Below, one piece after another: positions 52,467 to 63,486 of a stretch of DNA of 64,000 bases. The notes under the pieces are model-generated. The model did not search any database, was not told the origin of the DNA, and was given only the letters and a program-made list of their open reading frames with translations. The position numbers and the translations under genes are program-made. Origin of the DNA: an uncultured Actinomycetes bacterium (GTDB lineage Bacteria; Actinomycetota; UBA4738; JACQTL01); contig CAVPQW010000005.1 of the NCBI GenBank assembly GCA_963707645.1, positions 299,309 through 363,308 of the forward strand. Direction: 5' to 3'. The first letter of the stretch is position 1; every line of letters begins with the position of its first letter.

Positions 52467-55400
52467 TCAGCCGGTCGGTGAGCCCGCGGCCGGCGCCTCG
52501 TCGGCCGCCGCGAGCAGCTGCTCTTCCACCCAGCCGGGGAGACTCGGGCCGCCGAGCACCACCGGCGTCAGGTTCAGGGTCTTCGTCGTCGAGTGGTACG
52601 CCGCGTCCGGAACACGCGAGGTCAGGTCCAACTGCAGCCGGTCGGGCAGCGACAGCGGCTTCAGCCGGACCTGCGTCCGGAAGGTCCCGACCTCGGTCAC
52701 CCCGAGCCGCGTCGCCGTCACCCGCAGCCGGGCGATCCCGAACAGCGTCTCCACCTCCGGCGGCAGAACGCCGAACCGGTCCCGGATCTCCACCGCGATC
52801 TCGTCCAGCTCCGCGTGGTCCCGCGCGTTCGACACCCGCCGGTACAGCTCCAGCCGCAGGCCTTCCTGCCCGACCCACCCCACCGGGATGAACGCCCGCA
52901 CCGGCAGGTCGATGCGCACGTCCATCTCCGCGCGCACCTCCTCGCCCTTCATCTCCGCGACGGCCTCCTGCAGCAGGCGCATGTACGTGTCGAACCCGAC
53001 CGCCGCGATGTGTCCGTGCTGCTCCGCCCCGAGCAGGTTCCCGGCGCCGCGGATCTCGAGGTCCCGCATCGCGATCTTCACGCCCGACCCCAGATCGGTG
53101 AACCGGCTGATCGACGACAGCCGCTCGTGCGCCTCCTCGGTCAGCGACTGTTGCGGCGGGAAGAAGAAGTACGCGAACGCCCGCTCCGCGCGAACGCCCG
53201 ACCCGCCCCGCAGCTGGTACATCTGCGCCAGCCCCAGCCGGTCGGCACGTTCGACGACCAACGTGTTCGCCGTCGGCACGTCGAGGCCGGACTCGATGAT
53301 CGTCGTGCACACCAGCACGTCCGCCTCGCCCTCCCAGAACTTCAGCATCTCCTTCTCGAGCAGCGTACTCGTCCATCTGGCCGTGCGCCACGATCACGCG
53401 CGCCTCGGGCACCTCCTGCTGCAGCCGCTTCGCCGCCCGGTGGATCGTCTGAACGCGGTTGTGCACCCAGAACACCTGTCCGCCCGCGCAGCAGCTCGCG
53501 CCGCACCGCGCCGAACCCGAGCCCGTCGTCGTACGGCCCGACGTAGGTGAGCACCGGCTGGCGGTCCTCGGGCGGGGTGTCCAGAACGCTGAGCTCGCGC
53601 ACACCGGTCAGCGCCATCTCCATCGTCCGAGGGATCGGCGTCGCGGTCATCGTCAGGACGTCCACGTGCGCCCGCATCTGCTTGATGCGCTCCTTGTGGG
53701 CAACGCCGAAGCGCTGCTCCTCGTCCACGACCAGCAGGCCCAGATCCTTGAACTGGACGTCGCTGTTCAGCAGCCGGTGCGTCCCGATCACGACGTCGAT
53801 CGACCCGGCGACCAGCCCCCGCACGACCTCGCTCTGTTCCGCAGCGGAAAGGAACCGCGACAGCATCGCCACCTTCACCGGGAACGCGGTGTACCGCTCG
53901 GTGAACGTGACGTAGTGCTGTTCCGCGAGCAGCGTCGTCGGCACGAGCACCGCGACCTGCTTGCCGTCCATGACCGCCTTGAACGCAGCCCGGATGGCGA
54001 TCTCGGTCTTGCCGTAGCCGACGTCGCCGCACACCAGCCGGTCCATGGGCACCGACTGCTCCATGTCGCGCTTGACGTCGTCGATCGCCGTCAGCTGGTC
54101 GCGGGTCTCCTCGAACGGGAACGCGTCCTCGAGCTCGCGCTGCCACGGCGCGTCGGGCTTGAACGCAAAGCCCGGAACGGCCATCCGGACGGAGTACAGC
54201 CGAACCAGCTCGCCGGCCATCTCCTGCACCGCCCGGCGGACGCGCGCCTTGGCCCGCGGCCAGTCGGAGGAACCGAGCTTGGTCACGCGGGGCTGCTCGC
54301 CGCCGAGGTACTTCGCCACGACGCCGACCTGGTCGGCCGGGACGTAGAGCTTGTCCCCGCCCCCGTACTCGAGCAGCAGGAAGTCGCGGGCCGAACCCTT
54401 GATCTCGCGGTGGACGATGCCGCCGAAGCGGGCGACGCCGTGCACGTGGTGCACGGCGTAGTCCCCCGGCTCGAGCTCCATCGCGATCGCATCCGCGCGT
54501 CGCTTCGCGACGCGCGGCTGCTGCCGGGTGTGCCGCCGGGCCCCGAAGAAGTCCTCCTCGCCCGCCACGGCCAGGCGCCCGGGCCCGAACACGAATCCGC
54601 CGCTCGACCGGCGCCTCGACGACCTCCACTGCAGTCGAAGCGGACCCGACTGCGGGGCCCAGGCGGTCGTCCGGGCCGCCCCGCGCGCTCCGCCACCAGC
54701 TCCCGCGCCCGGTCCAGCGATCCGTGCGCCTCGGCGGCGACCACCGTCCGGAACCCGGCACCGGCCAGGTCCGCCAGCCGCGCCGCCATCTCGGACGGAT
54801 TCCCGGACGCGGTCCCCCACCCGGCGAGGCCCAGGTCCTCGCCCTCGGAGAATTCCGACAGGTGCAGCAGCGGCCGCTCGCCGACGGCGTCGTCCAGCGG
54901 CAGCACGAACGGCGCCCCCGGCCACTGCGTGGCCGCGGCCAAGCGCCGCGGCCTCGCTCGCCACCCGCTCCGCCCGGTCGGCGACGCGCCGGCCCGGCGA
55001 CAGCAACGACCCACGTTCCCCGCGGGCAGCAGTGACATCGGGGACTCCAACCGGTCGTACACGAGCCCGGCCAGCGTCTCCATCCCCTCGAACTCGAGCC
55101 CCTCGCCGAGCCGGCGCGAGGCCGTCCCGGAACCGCCCCAGATGTCGCGGCGCCCTGGCCGTTCGGCCCGCGACCGGACGTCGAGCGACGCCAGCAGCTC
55201 CCGGACCGGGTGCACGGGCACCGACTCCACCGCTCGCCGTCGACAGTTGCGTCGCGGCCGAGAACTCGCGCAGCGAGTCGATCTCGTCGCCGAAGAACTC
55301 CGCGCCGGACCGGGCGGCGGACCGTCCGGGAACACGTCGAGCGTTCCCCCGCGAACCGCGAACTCGCCTCGATGCTCGACGACGTCCGCCCTGGTGTAGC

Positions 55401-55885
55401 CGAGCTCCACCAGCCGCTCCGCCAGCGCGTCCGGAGCCACCTCGGTCGACCGCGCGACCACGAGCGGCTGGTGCGCGCCGAGGTCCGGCGGCACGCCCTG
55501 GATCGCCGCCAGCACCGGCGCGACCACCACGAGGGCGCCGTCCGAGGCCGCGGCCTCCCGCATCCGGCGCGCCGCCGCGCCCCGCAGCGCGGCGATCTCC
55601 GGCGCCGGCGAGATCCCCTCGTACGGCAGCGACTCCCATGCCGGGAACAGCACCACCCGGTCCCGCCCCGAGGTACGCCCCGACGCCCCGGGCCATGGTC
55701 TCGGCCTCGTGCGGCCCGTTCGCCACCGCCATGACCGGCCCGTCGAGGGCCCGGGCCAACGCCGCGATCGCGAAGTCGTGCCCCGCCTCGGCCCGCGCCA
55801 CCCGCGGGCGGTCGGACGACGCCAGCAGCCGGTCGAACGCCTCCGACCGCGCCAGCAGGTCCAGCATCTCGTCGAACTTCGTCAC
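52467..55885 (-). CDS. mfd: transcription-repair coupling factor Mfd, many frame disruptions
   Basis: From GTG 55885: [11 protein letters not shown].... Helicase motifs are spread over ORFs 53342..56191, 54283..55656 and 52467..53348: [65 protein letters not shown]. Confidence 0.9.
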
Positions 55886-56120
55886 GCACGAACTCCCGTC
55901 GGGAACAGCACGAAGAGGCCCGGCAACGGCCGCCAGGCCTCTGACCAGCACGTTCTTCGATTCCCCGAGCGGCTGTGCCGCCCGGTGGCGGTGCCATGGT
56001 ACGCGTCCCCGCACGCTTCCCGGACGCGGTTGTGGATGCCCTACAGTTCGCGCCAGCCTCGGGGGTTGATACCGGGGAAGGCATCGCCTCGGCGCGGGGG
56101 TGGATTCGGCGGCACGGATC

Positions 56121-56165
56121 GCCGGATTCGGCTGCCGAGGGGTTGCCGGATTCGGCTGCCGAAGG
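56121..56165. repeat. 24-bp tandem duplication GCCGGATTCGGCTGCCGARGG x2 in the mfd / secreted-protein divergent intergenic region
   Basis: Copies lie at 56121-56141 and 56145-56165, with 20 of 21 positions identical. A third GGATTCGGC lies at 56102-56110. Confidence 0.7.
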
Positions 56166-56184
56166 CGGCCGGGAGGGAGGGAGC

Positions 56185-56655
56185 ATGGCACGGGTCAAGC
56201 TCATCGGCGTCCTGGTCGGCACGGCGGTCCTGGCGACCGTCGCGCTCGGGGCCGGGGCGGCGAGCGGAGACGTCGGCATTCACATCATGTGGCCGACCGA
56301 CTCGGTCAAGGTCGAGATCTTCGACGCGGAGCACGACGGCCTCACGATGGGCGACCGGCTGACCGCCCGGGGCCCGCTGTACGACGCGGCCAATCCGGGC
56401 ACCAAGGTCGGGAACGCCTACATGGACTGCGCGATCGCGAAGAACTTCGCGGGCGGCCACGGGCTGTTCAACTGCACGTACCTGCTCGACCTGGACGGCG
56501 GGGACATCACCCTGCAGGGGATCGACCCGCCGGGGACCAGCGTGGTCCCGTTCGCGGTGACGGGCGGAGACGGCGCGTTCCGCACGGCCCGGGGCGACGC
56601 GGTCTTCACCGACACCTCGGCCGGAACTGAGATGGAGATCACCCTGGCCGACTGA
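56185..56655 (+). CDS. secreted hypothetical protein (small beta-barrel, dirigent/allene-oxide-cyclase-like suspected)
   Basis: In ORF 55975..56655, ATG 56185 follows GGGAGGGAGGGAG. Signal peptide [28 protein letters not shown]. The family guess is weak. Confidence 0.6.
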   Translation: MARVKLIGVLVGTAVLATVALGAGAASGDVGIHIMWPTDSVKVEIFDAEHDGLTMGDRLTARGPLYDAANPGTKVGNAYMDCAIAKNFAGGHGLFNCTYLLDLDGGDITLQGIDPPGTSVVPFAVTGGDGAFRTARGDAVFTDTSAGTEMEITLAD

Positions 56656-56890
56656 CGCATCCGTTCGAGCAGCCAACCTCCTGCGCCCGATCGCCCAGGG
56701 GGCCTGACTCCCCGTTCCGATCGCCGAATCACCCGTCGGACGCACCGTCGGTGAGCGACGGACCGGCGTGTATCGGCGCGTCCGGTCACGATTCCGGGCG
56801 GCGGCGGGTCATGTCCTCCGGAGCCGTGTACCTTGAACAACACGACGCTTGGAACCGGTGCGAGGGGGCGCCGGGGGAGGTGGAACGACC

Positions 56891-59060
56891 ATGATCCGAG
56901 CCGTGGCCCGGTGGTGCTACCACCGGCGGTGGCTGACCCTCGTCGTCTGGATCGTCGCGCTCGTCGGCGCGCAATACGCGGCCTCGAGCTTCGGGGGCGA
57001 CTTCGCCAGCGACTTCTCGCTCCCGGGCGCCGAGTCCCAGAAGGCGTTCGACCTGCTCCGCGATCGGTTCCCACAGGTCTCGGGCGACTCCTCGCAGCTC
57101 GTGTTCAAGGCCGACGCCGGCGTCACCGACCCCGAGGTCAAGGCCACGATGGAGGCCCTGTTCGCCGACATCGAACAGGTCGACCACGTCGAGGACGTCG
57201 TCGATCCCTACACGCGCGCCCACGCCGCAGATCTCGCGGGACGGGACGATCGCGTTCGCCGAGATCCGGTTCGACGTCAAGGCGAGCGAGGTCCCCAAGG
57301 AGGTCGTCGACGAGATCCTCGCGCTCGGGAGGCAGGCGGACGGGCCCGGCCTGCAGATCGAGTTCGGCGGTCCGGTCATCGAGAACGCGCAGTTCGAACC
57401 GCCCGGCCAGTCGACGACGTCGCGCTGATCGCGGCGATGATCATCCTGCTCATCGCGTTCGGGTCGCTGCTCGCGATGGGACTCCCGGTCATGACCGCGC
57501 TGTTCGGGATCGGCATCGGGCTCGCCCTCGTGCTGCTGTTCGCGAACTTCATGTCGGTGCCCGACTTCACGATCGAGGTCGCCGCGATGATCGGCCTCGG
57601 CGTCGGCATCGACTACGCGCTGTTCATCGTCACGCGGTACCGGCAGGGGCTCCGCGAGGGACTCGACCCCGAGGCCGCCGTCATGCAGGCGATGGCGACG
57701 GCGGGCCGCTCCGTGCTGTTCGCCGGGATCATCGTCGTCATCTCGTTCCTCGGCATGCTGCTGATGGGGTTCGACGTTCCTGCAGGGCCTCGCCGTCGGC
57801 GGCGCCGCGGTGGTGTTCGTCACGATGCTCGCGGCGCTCACGCTGCTGCCGGCGGTGCTCGGCTTCACCGGACGGAACATCGACAAGCTGCACGTCCCGT
57901 TCTTCGGGAAGAAGGACACGACCACCAGCGGGTTCTGGTACCGGTGGAGCCAGACCGTCCAGCGCCGGCCGGTCGTCACCGGCGCCGTCGGGCTCGGCAT
58001 CGTGCTGATCCTCGCGGTGCCGCTGTTCTCGATGCGGCTCGGCGCGGCGGACGCCGGGAACGAGCCGGCGCACCTCACCACGCACCGGGCCTACGAGCTG
58101 CTGTCGGAGGGCTTCGGGCCGGGGTTCAACGGACCGCTGATCCTCGCGGCGGAGGTGAACGGGCCGGAGGACATGGCCGACGCTCCAGCAGCTGCAGGCG
58201 AAGCTCGCGTCCGCCGAGAACGTCGCCGCGGTCTCGCCGGTGATCCCGAACGCCACGGGGGACACCGCCATCATCACCGTGTACCCGGGCTCGGCGCCCC
58301 AGGACGAGGCCACCGACGAGCTGGTCCACCGGCTGCGGGACGAGGTGATCCCGAACGCCACCGCGTCGACCGACACCCCGGTCTACGTCGGCGGGTTCAC
58401 GGCGATCTTCGTGGACTTCGCGGCGACGGTCGGCAAGCGCATGCCGATCATGATCTCGGTCGTCATCCTGCTCGTCGTTCCTGCTGCTGCTGGTGGTGTT
58501 CCGGTCGATCGTGGTGCCGATCAAGGCCGCCGTGATGAACCTGCTCTCGATCGCGGCCGCCTACGGCGTGCTGGTCGCGGTGTTCCAGTGGGGATGGGGC
58601 CAGTCGCTGTTCGGGCTGGAGCACACCGGGCCCGATCGAGTCGTGGATCCCGATGATGATGTTCACGATCCTGTTCGGGCTGTCCATGGACTACGAGATC
58701 TTCCTGCTCTCGCGGATCCGGGAGGACTATCTGCGGACCGGCGACAACGCCCGGTCGGTGGCGAGCGGGGTCGCGTCGACCGGACGGCTCATCACCGCCG
58801 CGGCGCTCGTGATGATCGCGGTGTTCCTGTCGTTCGTCGTCGGGTTCGACGTCCGACAGGTCAAGGAGATCGGGCTGGGGCTCGCCGTCGCGATCTTCGT
58901 CGACGCCACGCTGATCCGGATGGTGCTCGTGCCGTCGGTCATGGAGCTGCTCGGCGACGCGAACTGGTGGCTGCCGAAGTGGCTGGGACGCATCCTGCCC
59001 AAGGTCCGCGTGGAGGACGAGGAGCTGCCGGCGCCGGCGCCGGAACCGGTGCGCGCGTAG
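56891..59060 (+). CDS. MMPL family (RND superfamily) transporter, many frame disruptions
   Basis: ATG 56891 gives MIRAVARWCYHRRWLTLVVWIVALVGAQY. Later pieces: GIGIDYALFIVTRYRQGLREG; SVLFAGIIVVISFLGMLLMG; and, in ORF 58653..59060, LSMDYEIFLLSRIRE...GLAVAIFVDATLIRMVLVPSVMELLGDANWWLPKWL. Confidence 0.8.
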
Positions 59061-59075
59061 CCGGCGGGCCGGCAG

Positions 59076-59661
59076 CTAGCGGCGCGGGCCGCGGTTGAAC
59101 AGTTCCTGCGCCGAGTTCAGGCCGTCGCGGATCAGCGCGACCACGGCGTCGGCCGCGTCCTCGACCGTGACGCTCGGCGTCGGCCTGTTCCTTCTTGGTG
59201 AACGGCTCGAGCACGTAGTCGGCGGGGTCCTGCCGGCCCGGCGGACGGCCGACGCCCACCCGGATCCGGAAGAAGTCCATCGACCGAAGCCCCTCGACCA
59301 GCGAGTCGAGCCCGTGGTGCCCGGCGGTCGAGCCGCCCCGCTTGACCTGGAGCCGGCCGAACGGGAGGTCGATCTCGTCGTGCACGGCGATGACCTGGTG
59401 CGGCGCGAGGTGGTTCCGCTTGGCGAGCGAGGCGAACCCCGGCCCGGACACGTTCATGAACTGCGTCGATCGGGCCACGATGATCCGCTCCACGCCCTCC
59501 TTGAACTCCGCGGCCTCGACGGGCATGGGACGGAGCCGACGGAACTTGGTTTCGGCGCGCCCGGCCAGGGCGTCCACGACCATCTGCCCCACGTTGTGGC
59601 GCGTCTCGGCGTACTCGGAGCCGGGGTTGCCCAGCCCGGCCACCAGCCAGGTCATCGCCAC
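59076..59661 (-). CDS. pth: peptidyl-tRNA hydrolase, one frame disruption near 59170
   Basis: ORF 58939..59661: WLVAGLGNPGSEYAETRHNVGQMVVD...FMNVSGPGF...VIAVHDEIDLPFGRLQVKRGGSTAGHHGL. The true C-terminus (...ALIRDGLNSAQELFNRGPRR) lies in another frame ending at 59076. Confidence 0.9.
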
Positions 59662-59676
59662 GATCGCAGCAGCCCG

Positions 59677-60390
59677 CTACTCGGAGTCGCCCGAGTCGCC
59701 GCCGGAACCGGAGTCGCCGCTCTCGCCGTCGCCGTCCCCGGCCCCCTCGGCGGCCTCGCCCTCGGCGCCCTCTTCGCCCTCGGCCTCTTCGCCCTCGGCG
59801 ACCTCGCCCTCGACGGCCTCCTCCTCCTCGAGACGGAGGATCGGCGGCGGGACGACGGCCATGATGCTTGCCTCGGGGTCGGTGATCAGCTCGGCGCCGT
59901 CCGGGATCTTCAGGTCGCCGGCCTTCAGGCCATCGCCGATGCCGAGCGCCGAGATGTCGGCCTCGATGCCGTCGGGCACGTCCTGCGGGAAGCTCTCGAG
60001 CTTGACCTCCCAGAGGTGGTGCTCGATGACGCCGCCCTCCTTCACGCCGTGCGACTCGCCGATCAGCTCGACCGGCACGTCGACGGTGATCTTCGTGTCT
60101 CGGCGCACGGCCAGGAAGTCCACGTGGATGAACTGGCCCCGGACGTGGTCGCGCTGGATCTCGCGGGGCAGCGTCAGGTGGTGGTCCTTCTTCACCTGGA
60201 GGTCAATGAGCACGTTCGTGCCCGCGTCCGTGTGGAGGACGTGGAACAGATCCCGCGAGTCCACCGCGACGGGGACCGGGTCCATGCCGTGCCCGTAGAC
60301 CACGCCGGGCACCTTGCCGACGGCGCGCAGCTTGCGGGCGGCGCCCTTCCCGTTCCCCTCACGGGGTTCGGCGATCAGCTTCCTCTCCAT
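59677..60390 (-). CDS. rplY: 50S ribosomal protein L25/general stress protein Ctc with long acidic tail
   Basis: ORF 59677..60390: GKGAARKLRAVGKVPGVVYGHG...HVDFLAV...C-terminal (E/G/A/D/S)-rich 50-aa tail. Confidence 0.9.
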   Translation of the reverse strand: MERKLIAEPREGNGKGAARKLRAVGKVPGVVYGHGMDPVPVAVDSRDLFHVLHTDAGTNVLIDLQVKKDHHLTLPREIQRDHVRGQFIHVDFLAVRRDTKITVDVPVELIGESHGVKEGGVIEHHLWEVKLESFPQDVPDGIEADISALGIGDGLKAGDLKIPDGAELITDPEASIMAVVPPPILRLEEEEAVEGEVAEGEEAEGEEGAEGEAAEGAGDGDGESGDSGSGGDSGDSE

Positions 60391-60445
60391 GACGCGAACC
60401 TTCCTCTACGTGCAGTAATGGGGTGGTCCGCAGGTGGGACCGACT

Positions 60446-60455
60446 TCCGATTGTA
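60446..60455 (-). promoter_or_regulatory. TACAATCGGA -10 element upstream of rplY
   Basis: On the minus strand, TACAAT lies 59 nt upstream of ATG 60390. A GGTCC/GGACC hairpin sits in the leader. The same 10-mer occurs at 46469-46478. Confidence 0.4.
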
Positions 60456-60485
60456 GCCAGGAGGAAGCCAACCCGACCCGCGGCC

Positions 60486-61394
60486 TCACCGGTCGCGCAT
60501 CCAGGCCAGCGTGGAGGCCAGCCCATCGGGCAGCGCGACCTTCGCCTCCCACCGGAGCACAGCCTTCGCCTTCGACGGGTCGACGTAGTTGCGGGCCGCC
60601 TCGCCCGGCCGGGTCGGGCGGCGCTCGATCTCGAGCTTCGTGCCCGCCGCCTTCTGGACGAGGTTCGCCAGGCGGGCCACGCTCGTCTCGACCCCCGTTC
60701 CCAGCTGGAACACCCCGCTCGACGGTGAGCGGAGTGAGATCCGGACCGCGCGGCACACGTCGTCGACGTGGAGGAAGTCGCGCGTCTGGCGGCCGTTCCC
60801 GTAGATGACGAGCGGCTTGCGCCGGAGCGCCCTCCGGAGGAACTCCGCAACCACGCTCCGCTTGTGGTCGCAGTTGGACCCGTACACGTTGGAGAAGCGC
60901 AGCACGATCCCGGTGAAGCCGTAGACCTCCTGGAACGCCTGGAGCGCCGCCTCCCCGTACAGCTTCGACGCGCCGTACGGTGAGAGCACGCTCGGCACAA
61001 CGGCCTCGTGGAGCGGCGGCTTCGCACCCGCCAGCACGGCGCCCGACGACGCGAACACCACCCGCCCGACGCCCGCCCTGCGCACGGCGTCCAGCACGTT
61101 GAAGGTGCCCCGGACGTTGACGGCGAAGTCCTTCTCGGGGTGCTCGACGGAGGGCGCGACGCCCGACATCGCAGCGAGGTGCACGACCGCGTCGGCACCC
61201 TTCACGGCGCGGCGCACGGCGGCGGCGTCCTCGATGTTCGCGTTCGTCCTGCGGACCTTCAGGCCGGCCAGGTAGTCGGTCGGCACCGAGTCGAAGTCGT
61301 CGAGCACGCGCACACCGACGCCCGACGCAACGAGCGCCCCGGCCAGGTTCGAACCGACGAAACCGGCGCCACCGGTGATGAGGACCCCTCCCAC
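60486..61394 (-). CDS. NAD-dependent epimerase/dehydratase (SDR)
   Basis: ORF 60486..61394: ITGGAGFVGSNLA, PYGASKLYGE, IYGNGRQTRDFLHVDD. Confidence 0.85.
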   Translation of the reverse strand: MGGVLITGGAGFVGSNLAGALVASGVGVRVLDDFDSVPTDYLAGLKVRRTNANIEDAAAVRRAVKGADAVVHLAAMSGVAPSVEHPEKDFAVNVRGTFNVLDAVRRAGVGRVVFASSGAVLAGAKPPLHEAVVPSVLSPYGASKLYGEAALQAFQEVYGFTGIVLRFSNVYGSNCDHKRSVVAEFLRRALRRKPLVIYGNGRQTRDFLHVDDVCRAVRISLRSPSSGVFQLGTGVETSVARLANLVQKAAGTKLEIERRPTRPGEAARNYVDPSKAKAVLRWEAKVALPDGLASTLAWMRDR

Positions 61395-61456
61395 AGCCCG
61401 GCGAGGATACCGGCTGCGGAGAACCGCCCGACGGTGCTCGTATCCTGCACTCCACG

Positions 61457-62143
61457 ATGGACGAGGAGCTCGACGACTTCGCGATGACCGAACGGACCCG
61501 CGTCCGGCGGCATCCCGAGCGCGGCGTCTACGACCACGAGACCGCGTACGCGATCCTCGACGAGGCGCTGTACTGCCATCTCGGCTGGGTCGACCCGAAC
61601 GGCTCGCCGCGCATCGTGCCGACCATCCACGTCCGGGTCGGCGACACGCTGTACGTCCACGGTTCGAACGCCAGCCGAACCCTGCGTGCCAGCAGGGAGG
61701 GCGGCGAGGTCTGCGTGTGCGTCACGCTGCTCGACGGCCTGGTGCTGGCGCGGTCGGCGTTCAACCATTCCATGAACTACCGCTCGGTGGTGGTGTACGG
61801 CGTGGCGCGGGAGGTCACCGATCCCAACGAGAAATGGGAGGCCCAGCGCGCGCTCGTCGACCACGTGGTCCGCGGGCGGAGCGCCGACGCGCGCATGCCC
61901 GACCAGCGCGAGCTCGACCAGACGACGATCATGGCCATCCCGCTCGACGAGGTCTCGTCGAAGGTCCGCACCGGCCCGCCGAAGGACGACGAGGACGACC
62001 TCGATCTCGGGGTGTGGGCGGGCGTCCTGCCCTTCGACCAGGTGCCGGGCGAGGCGATCCCGTCCCCCGACCTGCGCGCGGACGTGGACATCCCGGCGTA
62101 CGTGCGGCGTTACGAGCGGCCCGGGGGCGGTGCCGGCAGCTGA
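61457..62143 (+). CDS. pyridoxamine 5'-phosphate oxidase family (FMN-binding split barrel) protein
   Basis: ORF 61457..62143: ERTRVRRHPERGVYDHETAYAILDEALYCHLGWVDPNGSPRIVPTIHVRVGDTLYVHGS...RSVVVYG. Confidence 0.7.
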   Translation: MDEELDDFAMTERTRVRRHPERGVYDHETAYAILDEALYCHLGWVDPNGSPRIVPTIHVRVGDTLYVHGSNASRTLRASREGGEVCVCVTLLDGLVLARSAFNHSMNYRSVVVYGVAREVTDPNEKWEAQRALVDHVVRGRSADARMPDQRELDQTTIMAIPLDEVSSKVRTGPPKDDEDDLDLGVWAGVLPFDQVPGEAIPSPDLRADVDIPAYVRRYERPGGGAGS

Positions 62144-62169
62144 AAGGATCCGCCGAAGATGCCGGGCCG

Positions 62170-63303
62170 ATGGCAACGACCGACGAGGTCCGCATCCTGC
62201 ATGTCGTCCCCCGGATCGTGCGCCGTGGGGCCGAGGTCTTCGCCGCGCAGCTCGCCGAGGCGCTCCAGCCGGTCTCGCGGAACCTGCTGTTCCCGCTGTT
62301 CGGGCCGGACGAGGGTGATCCAGCGGGGCGGGTCCGCGTGGTGCCCGGCGCGAAGCCCGTCGGCCGGGTGGAGGGGCGCGTCGGCGTCGACCCGGGAGCG
62401 GTGGCCCGGCTGCGGGCGGGGTTCCACAAGCTGCGGCCCACGCTGGTCGTCGCGCACGGCGGGGAGCCGCTGAAGTACGCCGTGCTGGCGGACCCGAGGG
62501 GCCGCGTCCCGCTCGCCTACCGGAAGATCAGCCACGCGGTCGGCGGCCGCGGCGAGCGCATCCTGGCCCGGATGTACGAACGGACCGCGCGGATCTTCGC
62601 GGTCACCGAGGAGCTCAAGCGCGAGCTGGTCGAGGAGTTCGCGGTCGACCCCGCCCACGTGGTCGTGATCCCGACCTCACGAAAGGCCCCCCCGAACCTG
62701 TCCACCGAGGAACGGGCCGCGCTGCGCACGGAGATCGGCGCCGACCCGGGACGGCCGCTCCTCGCGTGGGTCGGCCGCCTGTCCGACGAGAAGCAGCCCG
62801 GCGCCGCACTGCAAGCCTTCGCGCTGATCCGGTCGCGGTTCGGGCCGTGTTCCCTGGCGATCGCCGGCGACGGCCCGCTGCGCGGATCGGTGGAGCGGGC
62901 CGCCGGCGCCGCCGGACCGGGAGCACTCGTTCTCGGCTCGCGCGACGACGCCGACCGGATCATCGCGGCCAGCGACCTCGTGCTCTCGACGAGCCGGACG
63001 GAGGGCGCACCGGGCGTCCTGGTCGAGGCCGGCCTTGCCGGCGTGCCGGTGGCGGCCTTCGACGTGGGCGAGGTGTCACAGGTGATCCGGCAGAACGAGA
63101 CGGGCGTGCTGGTTCGGCCCGGCGACCTCGACGCCTTGGCCGACGCGGCGTGCCGGCTCCTGGCCGACCCCCGCGCCCGCGAGCGCATGGGCGCCGCCGC
63201 TCGCGAGGCCTGCGCCCCGTTCGAGCTGGCCACGATCGCGGCCCGGTACGCGGCCGCCTTCGCCGACATGCTAGGCCGGGCCGGGACGCCGCTCTCGCCC
63301 TGA
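62170..63303 (+). CDS. glycosyltransferase family 4 (GT-B)
   Basis: Tail of ORF 61375..63303 from ATG 62170: VRILHVVPRIVRRGAEVFAAQLA...VGRLSDEKQP...LVLSTSRTEGAPGVLVEAGLAGVPVAAFDVGEV. Confidence 0.8.
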   Translation: MATTDEVRILHVVPRIVRRGAEVFAAQLAEALQPVSRNLLFPLFGPDEGDPAGRVRVVPGAKPVGRVEGRVGVDPGAVARLRAGFHKLRPTLVVAHGGEPLKYAVLADPRGRVPLAYRKISHAVGGRGERILARMYERTARIFAVTEELKRELVEEFAVDPAHVVVIPTSRKAPPNLSTEERAALRTEIGADPGRPLLAWVGRLSDEKQPGAALQAFALIRSRFGPCSLAIAGDGPLRGSVERAAGAAGPGALVLGSRDDADRIIAASDLVLSTSRTEGAPGVLVEAGLAGVPVAAFDVGEVSQVIRQNETGVLVRPGDLDALADAACRLLADPRARERMGAAAREACAPFELATIAARYAAAFADMLGRAGTPLSP

Positions 63304-63486
63304 CGTACGCCCAAAGTCTCCCTTCCGGCGCGCGGACCCTTCGGCATAGACTCCGGCTCGCAGGGGATTCCGGGCCGCGGTGTTTGATCGACGCCGCGGG
63401 CCCGATTGACGCACAGGGATCGCCGGGTCGTGCGTCGCGGGAGGGGGAGCGTCCCGACCCTGGTCGACCTCCGGGGAGGAGGAACG

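Noticed and set aside
56738-56783. A nested hairpin (GGACGC...GCGTCC enclosing CCGTCG-GTGAG-CGACGG) between the secreted-protein gene and the MMPL gene. I considered it as a riboswitch or terminator.
   Set aside because: It has no U-tract and resembles no riboswitch I recognise. GC-rich genomes produce many such stems by chance. It might be a weak terminator at most.
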